A stretch of DNA of 63,982 nt, filler included, from Octopus bimaculoides (GCF_001194135.2; 6 parts of 5 records of this genome joined end to end with filler, not necessarily neighbours in it); one strand, 5' to 3'. Counted from the first letter of the whole stretch, positions 51,548 through 63,982 are shown. Program-made: numbers and translations. The notes: generated by a model from the sequence alone, not told the origin.

Positions 51548-52130
51548 ATTACAGAATATATGTATGTATGCATGCATGTATGTATACACTCATGTATGCA
51601 TGCATACATACATGCGTATGTATGTACGGTAAGTACGGATCCCCGATGAATGAATAAAGACTGTAGCCAACACGTTACTAAACTTTCTTTCCAAGATCAC
51701 CTTAGCATATATGAATTCACCGAAGAAGACGACCGGTTGGTGAATTAGTTACAATCAGATGAAGTATTAAATTGGTGATAGATTCTCTTAGCCTAAGTGT
51801 ATGAGAAAGTTTTAAGAGAATTTATTATAAATGTAGGACACATCATTGCTAAATTGGTATTTATAGATTAACACAGCAGCCCTTAATCTTCTTACACCTC
51901 TTTCCCCCTAATTTCCCACTTTCTTTCTTCCTCTTTCTTATTGTTTTATTTTTATTTTTTTTTTTACAGAGAAATTCATTCTTTAGGCATTCTGGCCTTA
52001 ACAAGAATTCCTGCTTGTCACATCAAACAAGAGCAACTCGCCTGCTTTTAAAGATGTCGAGAATTCTCTTGAGGATACGAGTAAATTGCTACTCTCATCA
52101 ATAAGTTTCTCTTATTTTATTTGTCTCTCT

Positions 52131-52235
<105 letters not shown>

Positions 52236-53007
52236 AATGTTTTATTTTATCTGTATCTCACAATACATTCCATACTTTTCCATAGCCATTCTTTTCCTAT
52301 ACCTCTCTACCCTATATATGACTCCCGATTTCCCTCTGCACTTTCATATTTCGCTAAATTCTATTCCCTCTCATCTTCCGCACTTCTTTCGTTGTTTGTT
52401 TTGTTCCCTTCTTCCTTTCGTCTTTAATTACTCACAATTTATAATCTCTATAATATACCGTTATAGTCACCCCCGCCTCAGTGCTCTGGTCACTATAGTT
52501 ATACAACTTTTATTCAATTCCCCGTAATACTTTTTCTTCTCTGTGTCCTACATTCCTTTTCTTTATTGCTTGTCTCTTCTATAGCTCTACAACATCCGTT
52601 TCCGGAAACTCGATTCATTTCCCTTCACGCTTCCAACTATTCTCTCATTCTTTTTCTCTCAGTCTCTCCCCTCCTCTCTCTCTTTCTCTCTCTCGCTCTC
52701 CTCAATACTATCTACACAGAAACCCACACGGATAGACAATGTCACAAACACTCTCTGGAGTAACATTCTCAGTTCCGTGAAATTTCTCATTTTAATATCA
52801 TTTTCACGTCTCTGTATGTCCTCTAGTGTTTTCGTCTCCTATTGAAGGCCCATCCAGCATCCATACATAACATTTCTCAACAGTCACCTTAGTTGCATAT
52901 CTTCTTTATCAGAATTTGCGTTTCTTAATGCTGAAAATCTTTTATCTCTCCATCTCTTTAACTTTTGTCAACACTCATCCGTATCCTTTATCTTTCTTTC
53001 TACTTGT

Positions 53008-53057
<50 letters not shown>

Positions 53058-54386
53058 GTATGTGTGTGTGTGTGTCTGCTATGTCATAACTTTGCCTTCT
53101 TTACATGTCTGTAACACTCTCTCGCTGTTCCGGCCACATAATTATAACTCTATTCCTTCATTCTCTTTCTATCTATTCCTTCACCTCTTTGTCTTTTCAT
53201 ACTCATTCTTTATTCTTCCTGTGTCATTCTATATATTAGTTCCTTCCTTTACCGTATCCTCTCTTTTATACCATTCACTAGCTACCATGCATACATACAT
53301 ACATACATACATACATACATACATGCATACATACAGATATACATACATACTATATACGTAAGTTGGCGTCCAAAACGGGTGTAAACCCACGCTATGTATA
53401 TAATATCTGTATGCCTACATACACGTATAAACATATGTGTATGTGTGTGTGACTGAGTGTATGTCCGTGTATGCGTATATGCTTCTGCCTAGGTGTATTT
53501 GTGTTTGTGTGTGTATCAAAGTGTGTATGTGTTTGTCTGTAAATGGGTGTGTGTAAATGCGCGCGTCTGTGTGTCTGTGTGCATGTGTGTGTGTATGTGT
53601 GTGCGCGTATGTGTGTTGTTACTACATTTCATTCACAGCTTGAAGTCGAGGGTACACATAGTTTCTACTCCGAATATCTGGACATTATTTTGCATTCCTT
53701 AAGATGAGAAAACACACGCGTGCGCTCCTGCACGTGTCTACTCGGACCCTCACTTACACGAATAAACACCTTGCTATCTATGACTGACATTTACATCGTT
53801 CCTGTTACTGGGAGTCTTCCTTTCTCCTTATCTTCATCTTTCACGTTTCTAAGTCTTAATATCCATTTCTATTTTCTCTACAATATTTTTCTATCTTCCC
53901 ATTTTGATTATCTCCCTTCGCTATGCTACACTCTTTTTTCCTTCTCCTATTCAACTCTGGCTATATTTCTTAACCACTCAATTTCAATATGTCTGTTTAT
54001 TAGTCCTTTTTACGCAATGTCTCTGATATTTATATTTAAATTTCATTTTCTATCCCTCTATTCTTTTCTGTCTTTATCTCTATTTAAACTAACTTCTTGC
54101 ACTGCTTTATTTTATACACACACACACAAATACGCACTCGCAACACGCGTATATATACATACACACAGATATTCACATATTTATATGCATATGTATATAT
54201 ATGTGTGTGTTGCGCGCGCATAAATTGATACATACGTAACCAGATATGTACATTAAAGCATATATATATATATATATATATATATANNNNNNNNNNNNNN
54301 NNNNNNNNNNNNNNNNNNNNNNNNNNNNNNTTAATTAATTAANNNNNNNNNNNNNNNNNNNNNNNNNNNNNNNNNNNNNNNNNNNN

Positions 54387-54694
54387 GGGATGGTGGCGAA
54401 CCCTGCTGTACTCTTTCACCACAACTCTCTCTCACTTTTACTTCCTGTTTCTGTTGTGCCTATAATTCAAAGGGTCGGCCTTGTCACACTGTGTCACGCT
54501 GAATATCCCCGAGAACTACGTTAAGGGTACACGTGTCAGTGGAGTGCTCAGCCACTTGCACGTTAATTTCACNNNNNNNNNNACGTGTCAGTGGAGTGCT
54601 CAGCCACTTGCACGTTAATTTCACGAGCAGGCTGTTCCGTTGATCGGATCAACAGGAACCCTCGACGTCGTAAGTGACGGAGTGCCAACAACAA
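54387..54694 (+). mobile_element. SINE family B2, head lost in gap
   Basis: Near-identical to the reverse complement of about 39021-39290. Confidence 0.9.
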
Positions 54695-54699
54695 GAGAT

Positions 54700-57085
54700 T
54701 TGTAGTAAGAAGTGAGAGCGATGCGTAGAAGAAGGAACAAAGAAGAAAAAGTACTTGGAGTATAGTTCCATTCCAACAGTAGACATCCATGTAAAGAATC
54801 CTTGTGGGTATTTTCCGAAGATAAATGTAGTTACAAAGGTGGATATATGTCATATCGTATCCAGTATACTCTGTGCGTTGTTTACTCAAAGGATGTGTGT
54901 AGGATTAAGAGGTCAAGCCTTAAGACAGGAAGGAAGGGAGGAGGAAGTAATTCAAGTGAGAAATGGAGATATGGTTGGTAGCAGTAAGTAATAATTAAGT
55001 CAGTTATACTGACAGGAAGGAAGGAAGAAGGAGAGAGAACAAAAGGAAGAATATGGGGGTGGAAGTATAAGTTTAGTAAAGAAATGGATATGTAGAGAAA
55101 AGGAATGTGGGGAGGTAATGTGGAGAGGTATTTATAATTGTGTATAGTGTCAGGTTATGAAGGAACCTATAGGTGGTGATGGTGTTGGTGGCTTTAGGAG
55201 AAAGGTATTTAAAGGAAAGAAGCAAAATAAGAGAACAGAGTTAGTAGTGATATTCTAAAAATAGAGATAAACCTATTTTAAAGATGGTAGAAGGGGGACC
55301 TAATTGCTAACTCGAGTTGGTTGGGGTTACCTATAGGGAGTTGTGGAAGAACGTTGTGTGGTCTTTTGTGCATTTGTGTCTGTGATAGAATTTGAATGTA
55401 TGGAACAAACGGTCATTACAGGTGCTAAGTGCTTCGTTATATCGATTAAATAGAGTGGAAGAATTGTATTTTAAAATATGAAACGCCTCCTTCAAGCAAA
55501 ACTTGCAATTAGAGCGATGGCCCTGGTATGGAATTCCAGAGTCCAGAATGGACCATGCTAAAGTATACTGGGTGTTTGTGTTTTTGAGGTGGTGAATGTG
55601 GTTGGCTAGTGTTGTAGATTTGCTGTGTTTGTCATATCTAAAAGAGTGAAGGTGGGCTGCATAGCGCTGCTTGAAATGTTTAGTTGAACCTATGTATGCA
55701 GCTGTAGAGTTATGTAGCAGATTGGTTACAGTGCTTTTATATATTATGTTATATCTTACGCAATGCGTTTGCAGCGAGCAGATTGTCCCGGAGTGACAGT
55801 TACAAGTAGATGAAACTTGGGGCTTGTGTTCTGTGGTGGATGAGGCGATATTGTTGGAGAATATGTTGTATGAGGATGCAGAAGAATCTATATCAATGAA
55901 ATCATTACTGTTATAGTTATTATTCCCTCCATTGTTATTATTATAGAATATAGAAGTATTATTTCTGGGTATACTAGTGGGCTGGGATCTATTATGGTCG
56001 TGTTCAAGTGTACGAGTGTCAGTGTTAGATGTACACATATGAATGTCTATGTTGGGTATATGTGTGCGCTGAGTGCTAGTATTACCATAGTTATAGTTGT
56101 GTGAGTTTTGATAATAGAGTGAGAGTTTATGTTTATTCGAAGTTGCTATAATAGATTCGAAGCTAGGTGTGGTTGAATAAGACAATTTCAAAGTGGATCT
56201 GTTAAATATAGAATGGTATTTATGTTGTCGGGGGAAGTTAGAGTCAAGTATTTTCAAGAAAGATTTAGCTAGGTTCTTAGTGTTAAGTGAGAATGGGGGA
56301 GTGTACCACAATATAGAGCGGCCACCACTTTTTTCGGGGGTTCTGTGTATGTTGTAATCTAAGTATTTAGGTAGAGAAGAGTTATCCACATTTTTGGTGT
56401 TGTTAATTGCTTTGTTTATCTTGGATTTAGCCCTAGTGTTATAAGTGTGTTTGTGGGGTCTGTTGGAAAATGTGGGTGGTTGGTTGCGGTTGTGAGGATT
56501 GGTATGTCTTTGGGATGTGATTTGGGATATAAATTGTTTAAGTCTGGTGTTATGGATGTATTTTATTTGTTGGGAGAAACCACTAGTGGTGAGAGCTTGA
56601 TTGTAGTATGGAGCGTGATTGTTGAAGATTTCTTCAGAAGAGGATAGATCAGATATGCGGGTTGAAATACCCATTACTATGTTATCGAAAGTAGATCTGT
56701 GGTGATTAGAGTCAACGTTGAGGTATTTCAGGTATTGGTTAGGTTTATGATAGGGGGAGTGTTGTGAGTTTGACAAGTTTAAAGTAACGTCTAGAAAGTT
56801 AGCCGTTTTATATGCGTTTTCAAATGTGATGGATAGATTTAGATTAGAGAAGAACTTGTGTAGATCTTTTCTAGTCCTTTCCAGAGAAGATTTATTAATT
56901 GCCTTGGTAAGTAGTAAGGCGTCATCCCTATATAGACCTCCGCAGATATTAGGGAAATGTGAGCGCAGTTGGTGAAGTATATATAACCCAACTAAATCAG
57001 TAGCCTGAGCAGAATCGGATGATCCCATGGTTACATCGAATAAGTTGTTACAGTTATTATTATGTTGGTTAGCTCAGCACCAGAG
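54700..57085 (-). mobile_element. Penelope-like retroelement, Naiad type, 5'-truncated
   Basis: Long RT-GIY-YIG ORF followed by a pyrimidine-rich 3' region; the 3' boundary is uncertain. Confidence 0.85.
55331..57073 (-). CDS. Naiad-type PLE polyprotein, C-terminal part (RT, linker Cys motif, GIY-YIG endonuclease)
   Basis: Open frame with LFDVTMGSSDSAQ..LVGLYIL, GLYRDDAL, FLDVTLNL, ILWYTPPFS, IFNRSTLKLSYS, CNC...C...C, IIYKSTV...AYIGSTK..K.RY..H, CKFCLKE, LFNRYNE. The Met at 57028 is internal. Confidence 0.9.
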   Translation of the reverse strand, partial: ANQHNNNCNNLFDVTMGSSDSAQATDLVGLYILHQLRSHFPNICGGLYRDDALLLTKAINKSSLERTRKDLHKFFSNLNLSITFENAYKTANFLDVTLNLSNSQHSPYHKPNQYLKYLNVDSNHHRSTFDNIVMGISTRISDLSSSEEIFNNHAPYYNQALTTSGFSQQIKYIHNTRLKQFISQITSQRHTNPHNRNQPPTFSNRPHKHTYNTRAKSKINKAINNTKNVDNSSLPKYLDYNIHRTPEKSGGRSILWYTPPFSLNTKNLAKSFLKILDSNFPRQHKYHSIFNRSTLKLSYSTTPSFESIIATSNKHKLSLYYQNSHNYNYGNTSTQRTHIPNIDIHMCTSNTDTRTLEHDHNRSQPTSIPRNNTSIFYNNNNGGNNNYNSNDFIDIDSSASSYNIFSNNIASSTTEHKPQVSSTCNCHSGTICSLQTHCVRYNIIYKSTVTNLLHNSTAAYIGSTKHFKQRYAAHLHSFRYDKHSKSTTLANHIHHLKNTNTQYTLAWSILDSGIPYQGHRSNCKFCLKEAFHILKYNSSTLFNRYNEALSTCNDRLFHTFKFYHRHKCTKDHTTFFHNSL

Positions 57086-57124
57086 CTACACAAATTCTTC
57101 TCTAATCTAAATCTATCCATCACA
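57086..57124 (+). repeat. 39-bp inverted copy of Naiad internal sequence
   Basis: ctacacaaattcttctctaatctaaatctatccatcaca is the reverse complement of 56825-56863 with one mismatch. Confidence 0.95.
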
Positions 57125-57127
57125 GGA

Positions 57128-58529
57128 TCTTTGACAGGGTCCCCTGATCCCTTATCTGGTGGTCAATGAGGAAACTGGGGATAGAAGAATGGTTAATGAG
57201 AGCTGTGCGAGCCATGTACAGAGATAGTGTCAGTAAGGTGAGGGTTGGAAATGAGTACAGTAATGAATTCCGGGTAGAGGTAGGGGTCCACCAAGGTTAT
57301 GTCCTCAGCCCCCTCCTATTTATCATAGTCCTCCAGGCGATCACAGAGGAATTCAAGACAGGTTGCCCCTGGGAGCTCCTCTATGCTGATGACCTTGCAC
57401 TAATTGTGGAGTCACTATCATAACTAGAGGGGAAGTTTCAGGTGTGGAAGCAAGGACTAGAGTCGAAGGGCCTTAGAGTCAACCTAGCTAAAACCAAAGT
57501 CCTAATAAGTAGGAAGGTAGATAAAACACAAACCCCTTCAGGTAGATGGCCCTGCTCAATATGTAGAAAAGTCATAGGTAGAAACTCTATAAGATGTACA
57601 CAGTGCAAGCTATGGACACATAAGAGATGCAGCAATATCAAAGGCAGGTTAACTAGGAAGTTAGTTTTTGTATGTGGCAGATGTTCAGGTGCAATAAACA
57701 CTGTAAACAAACAGGAAACAACTTCTGTCTCATTCCAGGGAGAAAAACTAGAAGTAGTTGATAGCTTCCAAGTTAGTAGTGGGGATGAGTGCACTGAAAG
57801 TGTAGCTGCTAGAATAAGAATAGCCTGGGCAAAGTTCAGAGAGCTCTTACCTCTGCTGGCGACAAAGGGACTCTCACTCAGAGTAAAAGGCAGATTGTAT
57901 GACGCANNNNNNNNNNAAGGGACTCTCACTCAGAGTAAAAGGCAGATTGTATGACGCATGTGTACGAACAGCCATGCTACATGGCAGTGAAACATGGGCT
58001 GTGACTGCTGAGGACATGCGTAAGCTCGCAAAGAATGATGCCAGTATGCTCCAATGGATGAGTAATGTCAGTGTGCATAGCCGACAGAGTGTAAGTATCT
58101 TGAGAGAAAAGCTGAACATAAGATGCATCAGTTGTGGTGTGCAAGAGAGACGATTGCTCTGGTATGGACATGTGGTGAGAATGGACGAGGATAGCTGTGT
58201 GATAAAGTGCCACACCCTAACAGTTGAGGGAACCCGTGGGAGAGGTAGGCCCAGGAAGACTTGGGCTGAGGTGGTGAGGCAAGACTTTCGAACATTGGGC
58301 TTCACCAAGGCGATGACTTCTGACCGAGACCTTTGGAAATGTGCTGTGCGTGAGAAGATTTGGCAAGCCAAGTGAGACCTAAATCCAAGGCCTCTGCCAA
58401 GGGTGTAGCCAGCCCACTTATGCGTACCTCTCCTACATTGGACACTAAACTCCGCTTGCGAAGACTTGTTGAGGCAAGTGAAATCGGACTAAATTCGACG
58501 ACTGGCACCCGTGCCAACGTTGTCTCCTT
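57128..58529 (+). mobile_element. RTE-clade LINE, 5'-truncated, relatively young
   Basis: FDRVP...WSMRKLGIEEW...GVHQGYVLSPLLF...LLYADDL...LRVNLAKTKV...MLHGSETW...RGRGRPRKTW; stop at 57421-57423; 3' UTR runs into the gap. Confidence 0.92.
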
Positions 58530-59482
58530 NNNNNNNNNNNNNNNNNNNNNNNNNNNNNNNNNNNNNNNNNNNNNNNNNNNNNNNNNNNNNNNNNNNNNNN
58601 NNNNNNNNNNNNNNNNNNNNNNNNNNNNNNNNNNNNNNNNNNNNNNNNNNNNNNNNNNNNNNNNNNNNNNNNNNNNNNNNNNNNNNNNNNNNNNNNNNNN
58701 NNNNNNNNNNNNNNNNNNNNNNNNNNNNNNNNNNNNNNNNNNNNNNNNNNNNNNNNNNNNNNNNNNNNNNNNNNNNNNNNNNNNNNNNNNNNNNNNNNNN
58801 NNNNNNNNNNNNNNNNNNNNNNNNNNNNNNNNNNNNNNNNNNNNNNNNNNNNNNNNNNNNNNNNNNNNNNNNNNNNNNNNNNNNNNNNNNNNNNNNNNNN
58901 NNNNNNNNNNNNNNNNNNNNNNNNNNNNNNNNNNNNNNNNNNNNNNNNNNNNNNNNNNNNNNNNNNNNNNNNNNNNNNNNNNNNNNNNNNNNNNNNNNNN
59001 NNNNNNNNNNNNNNNNNNNNNNNNNNNNNNNNNNNNNNNNNNNNNNNNNNNNNNNNNNNNNNNNNNNNNNNNNNNNNNNNNNNNNNNNNNNNNNNNNNNN
59101 NNNNNNNNNNNNNNNNNNNNNNNNNNNNNNNNNNNNNNNNNNNNNNNNNNNNNNNNNNNNNNNNNNNNNNNNNNNNNNNNNNNNNNNNNNNNNNNNNNNN
59201 NNNNNNNNNNNNNNNNNNNNNNNNNNNNNNNNNNNNNNNNNNNNNNNNNNNNNNNNNNNNNNNNNNNNNNNNNNNNNNNNNNNNNNNNNNNNNNNNNNNN
59301 NNNNNNNNNNNNNNNNNNNNNNNNNNNNNNNNNNNNNNNNNNNCAACACTTCCAAAGTTTAAACAACTGAATGTGAATTTTTTACTCCTATTTCTAAATT
59401 CGGTATATGGTGAAGCAATCAACTGACCCTTAATTATAATTATGTTTATAATTATAGAATATTAGTATATATATATATATAT

Positions 59483-59536
<54 letters not shown>

Positions 59537-59714
59537 TTTATTATATGTATTTATTTTCTCTTAGCAATTAACTTCGACAAAATAAATTGGTTAATAGATA
59601 CCAGGGTAGCAAAGATCACAAAATTACTGTGGTGTAACTCCTGTTTATGAGGTAGACACTCCCTGTTATTTTGGGTATTTGAGTAAATATAAAATTTAAT
59701 AAATGGAGTAATAC

Positions 59715-59945
59715 GCATATTTGTAACATCTAGGAGCATTGCGGAACGGCTAAACGAACATATGAGACAATATGACGACAAAAACAGTCCTCCATACTCT
59801 ATCAACATGCCAAAGACCAGCATGGAGGCAACTTGGGTCAACTTGACATCGCAACTTATCCAAGCACCTGAAAGACCCAACTCTAAGACAAATATGGGAG
59901 TATGTCCTTATAAATGAAACTTCCCCAATACTAAATAGGAAATAT
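59715..59945 (+). pseudogene. Decayed GIY-YIG endonuclease C-terminus of a second Penelope-like family
   Basis: TSRSIAERLNEH...ILYQHAKDQHGG...KDPTLRQIWEYVLINETSPILNRK across frameshifts. Confidence 0.55.
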
Positions 59946-60361
59946 ACATAGATATCATACCTCATACCCACATTTTACACAGGTAAAGTAGAACGGTTGA
60001 TGGGCTTTTATGCAGATAAAGGTATGTATGTCTGTGAGTGTGGGTGTGTGTGTGTGTGTGTATGTGTGCATGCACATGTATGTATATGTAAACCAACAGG
60101 TCTACATACAGACAAGTAGGTACATAGGGTATATGAACAGACAACCACATACGCAAAAAGAGACTGAAACACATGACCACATATACACACACACTTGTCC
60201 ACACATATGAAGATGTGCACCCATACATACAAACNNNNNNNNNNNNNNNNNNNNNNNNNNNNNNNNNNNNNNNNNNNNTTAATTAATTAANNNNNNNNNN
60301 NNNNNNNNNNNNNNNNNNNNNNNNNNNNNNNNNNATATATATATATATACATATATACATA

Positions 60362-60862
60362 CAGGGGGCTCGATGCGTAAATAGTCGCCAATTTATACTC
60401 TTAATTTTGGGCATGCGCATTGTTTGTTTTTGATTTTATCGAATACACAGCATAGTAGGGTCAGTTGAGCACCGTCTGTGCCAAGAATAGCACTAAGACT
60501 CCAGAAATTTGGAAACAGCATGCTATACCGCTCGGCATTCGCTCCCGAAACTCCAATACGAATGTTAACGTGTGTTTGAGTGTGAGTCAATCTGAGGAGA
60601 GTGCAGTCTAAGGACATGTACTGAGAGTGATAAAAATCAAACCTGCAATCAATAGCATCAAGGTGTTTTAAGAGTGCCCAGCATTGATGTCGAAGTTATG
60701 CTTGCATTTACATTCCCATACGGGCTCAGACTCAACACGGAGGCTTTCGTCATGGAGGTAGTGCTGCCCTCGGAAACGAGGGTGTCTGCTGGTAGACGCT
60801 ATATCTGGCAACAAGACTCTGCACAATGCCACACAAAGAGGAGAACCCATTATGGCTGTCAT
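60362..60862 (+). mobile_element. Tc1/mariner-superfamily element, deleted derivative
   Basis: Begins TA|cagggggctcgatgc; encodes LRLNTEAF...VVLP...AGRRYIWQQDSAQCHT. Confidence 0.7.
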
Positions 60863-61644
60863 ACGGTATGTACATTTATGTATGTATATATATATATATA
60901 TATATATATNNNNNNNNNNNNNNNNNNNNNNNNNNNNNNNNNNNNNNNNNNNNNNNNNNNNNNNNNNNNNNNNNNNNNNNNNNNNNNNNNNNNNNNNNNN
61001 NNNNNNNNNNNNNNNNNNNNNNNNNNNNNNNNNNNNNNNNNNNNNNNNNNNNNNNNNNNNNNNNNNNNNNNNNNNNNNNNNNNNNNNNNNNNNNNNNNNN
61101 NNNNNNNNNNNNNNNNNNNNNNNNNNNNNNNNNNNNNNNNNNNNNNNNNNNNNNNNNNNNNNNNNNNNNNNNNNNNNNNNNNNNNNNNNNNNNNNNNNNN
61201 NNNNNNNNNNNNNNNNNNNNNNNNNNNNNNNNNNNNNNNNNNNNNNNNNNNNNNNNNNNNNNNNNNNNNNNNNNNNNNNNNNNNNNNNNNNNNNNNNNNN
61301 NNNNNNNNNNNNNNNNNNNNNNNNNNNATATATATGCATTATTCTCATGCGCAGTTTTTTGTTGAGTGAATGTTTAACTCTGTTGCATCTGTTTCATGCT
61401 ATCGAAAACACGCCCCTCCAACATAAGCAAAACATAGCTTAAATATATTTGCTTACTGATATATTTGTGGCGGCAGGATAGAGAGGTAAATATAGCAGTA
61501 CTATAATGGGATCGATTCAATTAACTTGTATATACTTTGAAAGTAGACGGTATAATTTAATATAGATGTTTAGCAATAATATCGAAGATGGTACTGGTTT
61601 GATATTATTGTAAAATCTAGTCTTTCCTGCCGAATTTGTATCAG

Positions 61645-61685
<41 letters not shown>

Positions 61686-61691
61686 GTGGTT

Positions 61692-61740
<49 letters not shown>

Positions 61741-61741
61741 C

Positions 61742-61781
<40 letters not shown>

Positions 61782-62687
61782 ACAATTACATATCGGGTTC
61801 ATTACGGCTAAATGCATATTACATACTACCTCGTAGATTTTTTTTCTTGTAATTCTATCATGTCGATGATTTTCTTAATATTTCATAATGTGTGCAACAT
61901 CATGGTATGTTTGTTCGAAACAAGTCACTTTATTTGGCAAGATATCTCTTGTTTAAATCAGTATTAGCAAACTACAGTCTTCTAGCCAACACAAGGGAAA
62001 TACAGAAACATTACTGATCAATGACGAATTTCCATAACACATGACAAGAGCTTACGTATGCTACCGTCTTGAATGGATAGAGGACATTCTGCGATTATAG
62101 TTGGCTGAGGAAACTGCTTACTTAAGGATCGGATATTTATGCATGGTATACATTTGTGTTTAGGCAATGATAAACGATTGTCATTTATATTGCAGATCAC
62201 AATTTAACATATTCACCATTTATATGGTCGGTATCATATTCTATGAAGATATCAAGTGCAAATGGTATTAAACCAACTTAATGAATATGAACGATGATAT
62301 GAATTTAGTATTATTCTTGTACTATAGTTCAACAAGTAGAAGTCTTGCTTACCGAATATTCACAATTTCAGGAATAAATTTGGTTAAAGCTAATGTATTT
62401 GGTTCATTCAAATTATGACTTTACAACACATGTTACATAAGCGAATGTAGTTCTGTTCGAAGATACGTTATCACTCACATATAAATTGCATTTAATAATT
62501 TTCAATAGCCGTCACTCGGCCGGTACATTAATTTATCGAATCCAAAAGGGGGACAGTTATAGTCGGCCTCAACTTCTTTACGGATCATAAAGAATAAGAA
62601 ATGTCACATATTATATTGACCCACACATAACAGCTTCTGCTGGATCTCCACTTAACCACAAACAAAGCCGCTACGACCAACACCATC

Positions 62688-62718
<31 letters not shown>

Positions 62719-62751
62719 CCACCAAAACCACCACTAATAATAATAATAATA

Positions 62752-62798
<47 letters not shown>

Positions 62799-63224
62799 AG
62801 AAGAAGGAGGAGGAGGAGGAGGAGAAGAANNNNNNNNNNGAATGAGAAGAAGAAGAAGAAGAAGAAGAAGAAGAAGAAGAAGAAGAAGAAGAAGAAGAAG
62901 AAGAAGAAGAAGAAGAAGAAGAAGAAGAAGAAGAAGAAGATAACGAAAGTTAAAAGAATTATTCGCATGAGTATTGCCTACATCCTAAGAAAGATATTGT
63001 TAATTTGAAAATACCGAATCTTATCGGACTATTTCAAGACGGAATCGTTAGAATTCATCAGAATCTTTGTTTTCGTATTCGAGTCTCCGTCCCGTAAAAC
63101 AAAGTAAAAGGTCCAACTTGCTGTTAAATGAGGTCTCCAACTTAGACTTGGAACAGTTCGTATATAACGTAGGAATTATAATGCGAACTATAATAATAAT
63201 AACTATTATTTCAAGTTTTTGCCA

Positions 63225-63380
63225 CAGCGTCAGCTTTGAAGAGGTCGGGTGAGTCGATTACATTGACCCCAGAGTTAAAATGGTACTTATTTTATCGACC
63301 TCGAAATGATGAAAGGCAAAGTCGATCTCGGCGGAATTTGAACTCAGAAGGGAGCGATAGACGAAATGCCGCTAAGCATG
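63225..63380 (-). mobile_element. SINE family C, partial
   Basis: Reverse complement reads atgcttagcggcatttcgtc...gagttcaaattccgccgagatcgactttgcc...gtcgataaaataagtacc. Confidence 0.8.
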
Positions 63381-63385
63381 GTGAA

Positions 63386-63845
63386 ATGGTGAAACCCTAT
63401 GGCATATTACCAGCCAATGTACACCACTAGCCCAGAAAGAATAGAATATGAGACACCACGATAATATAGCAAGGCTTGTCCATTGGACACTTTGCAAAAA
63501 TATATGGACTTGACAGAGCAAAAAATTGGTACAACAAACCCGATAAAGAATACGAAGTCAGTTGTGGCCGAAGAAAAAGGTAGCAGTAGTACCAATAATT
63601 GTGGGAGCCCTGGGAACAGTGACCAAAAATCTCGAGAAGTACGTGGAACAAATAGGAGCTGCAAAAAGGGTGGAGCACTTGCAGAAAACAATACAGAAAA
63701 CACTGCAGAAAACACTACAGGTACTGCTTGGAACCGCTTGAATACTCCGGAAGGTGCTCGAAAAGTAAGGGGTGTTACCTTAGTTCACTGGTAGTGAACA
63801 GCTGACATCGTAGCACATCTCCAGCATTAGAAGCTGTGCAACGGC

Positions 63846-63900
<55 letters not shown>
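63386..63900 (+). mobile_element. R4/Dong-type RLE LINE, 3' fragment ending in (TAA)n
   Basis: HITSQCTPLAQKE*..RHHDNIARLVHWTLCK..YGLD...WY, then VVPIIVGALGTVTKNLEKY...LQK...LLGTA*ILRKVLE; (aat)n at 63846-63900. Confidence 0.8.
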
Positions 63901-63982
63901 GTGAAATACTCTCTGAACCAACCATAAACACTAAGGCAGGTGAAAATCAAATAGATGAAGAAAGTCATACAGAAATCGACGC

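Noticed and set aside
57866-57957. Tandem duplication in the RTE ORF (similar case at 54531-54622)
   Set aside because: About 42 bp is repeated on both sides of a 10-N gap, typical of unmerged contig overlap.

Overview
AT-rich, gap-ridden animal genomic DNA, most likely Octopus (inferred from the SINE families and the extreme microsatellite load, not proven). I recognise no host exon, rRNA, true tRNA or CRISPR array. The window is microsatellites plus transposon debris: at least three tRNA-derived SINE families, RTE, L1/Tx1 and R4/Dong LINE fragments, several mariner/Tc1/Tigger derivatives, a probable Helitron and many fold-back palindromes. The only long real ORF is a 5'-truncated Penelope-like element of the Naiad type (RT C-terminal half plus GIY-YIG, 55331-57073, minus). 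The most interesting item is a 276-bp element at 4085-4360 (minus) joining a tRNA-Ser-like Pol III head to a nearly intact Penelope-type hammerhead ribozyme, a candidate ribozyme-bearing SINE. Further hammerhead-like motifs lie at 21155-21189 and inside two short palindromes (10165-10305, 41559-41648). Most ORF-track entries are artefacts of microsatellites or N gaps. All alignments and folds were done by eye, so boundaries of degraded elements are approximate.
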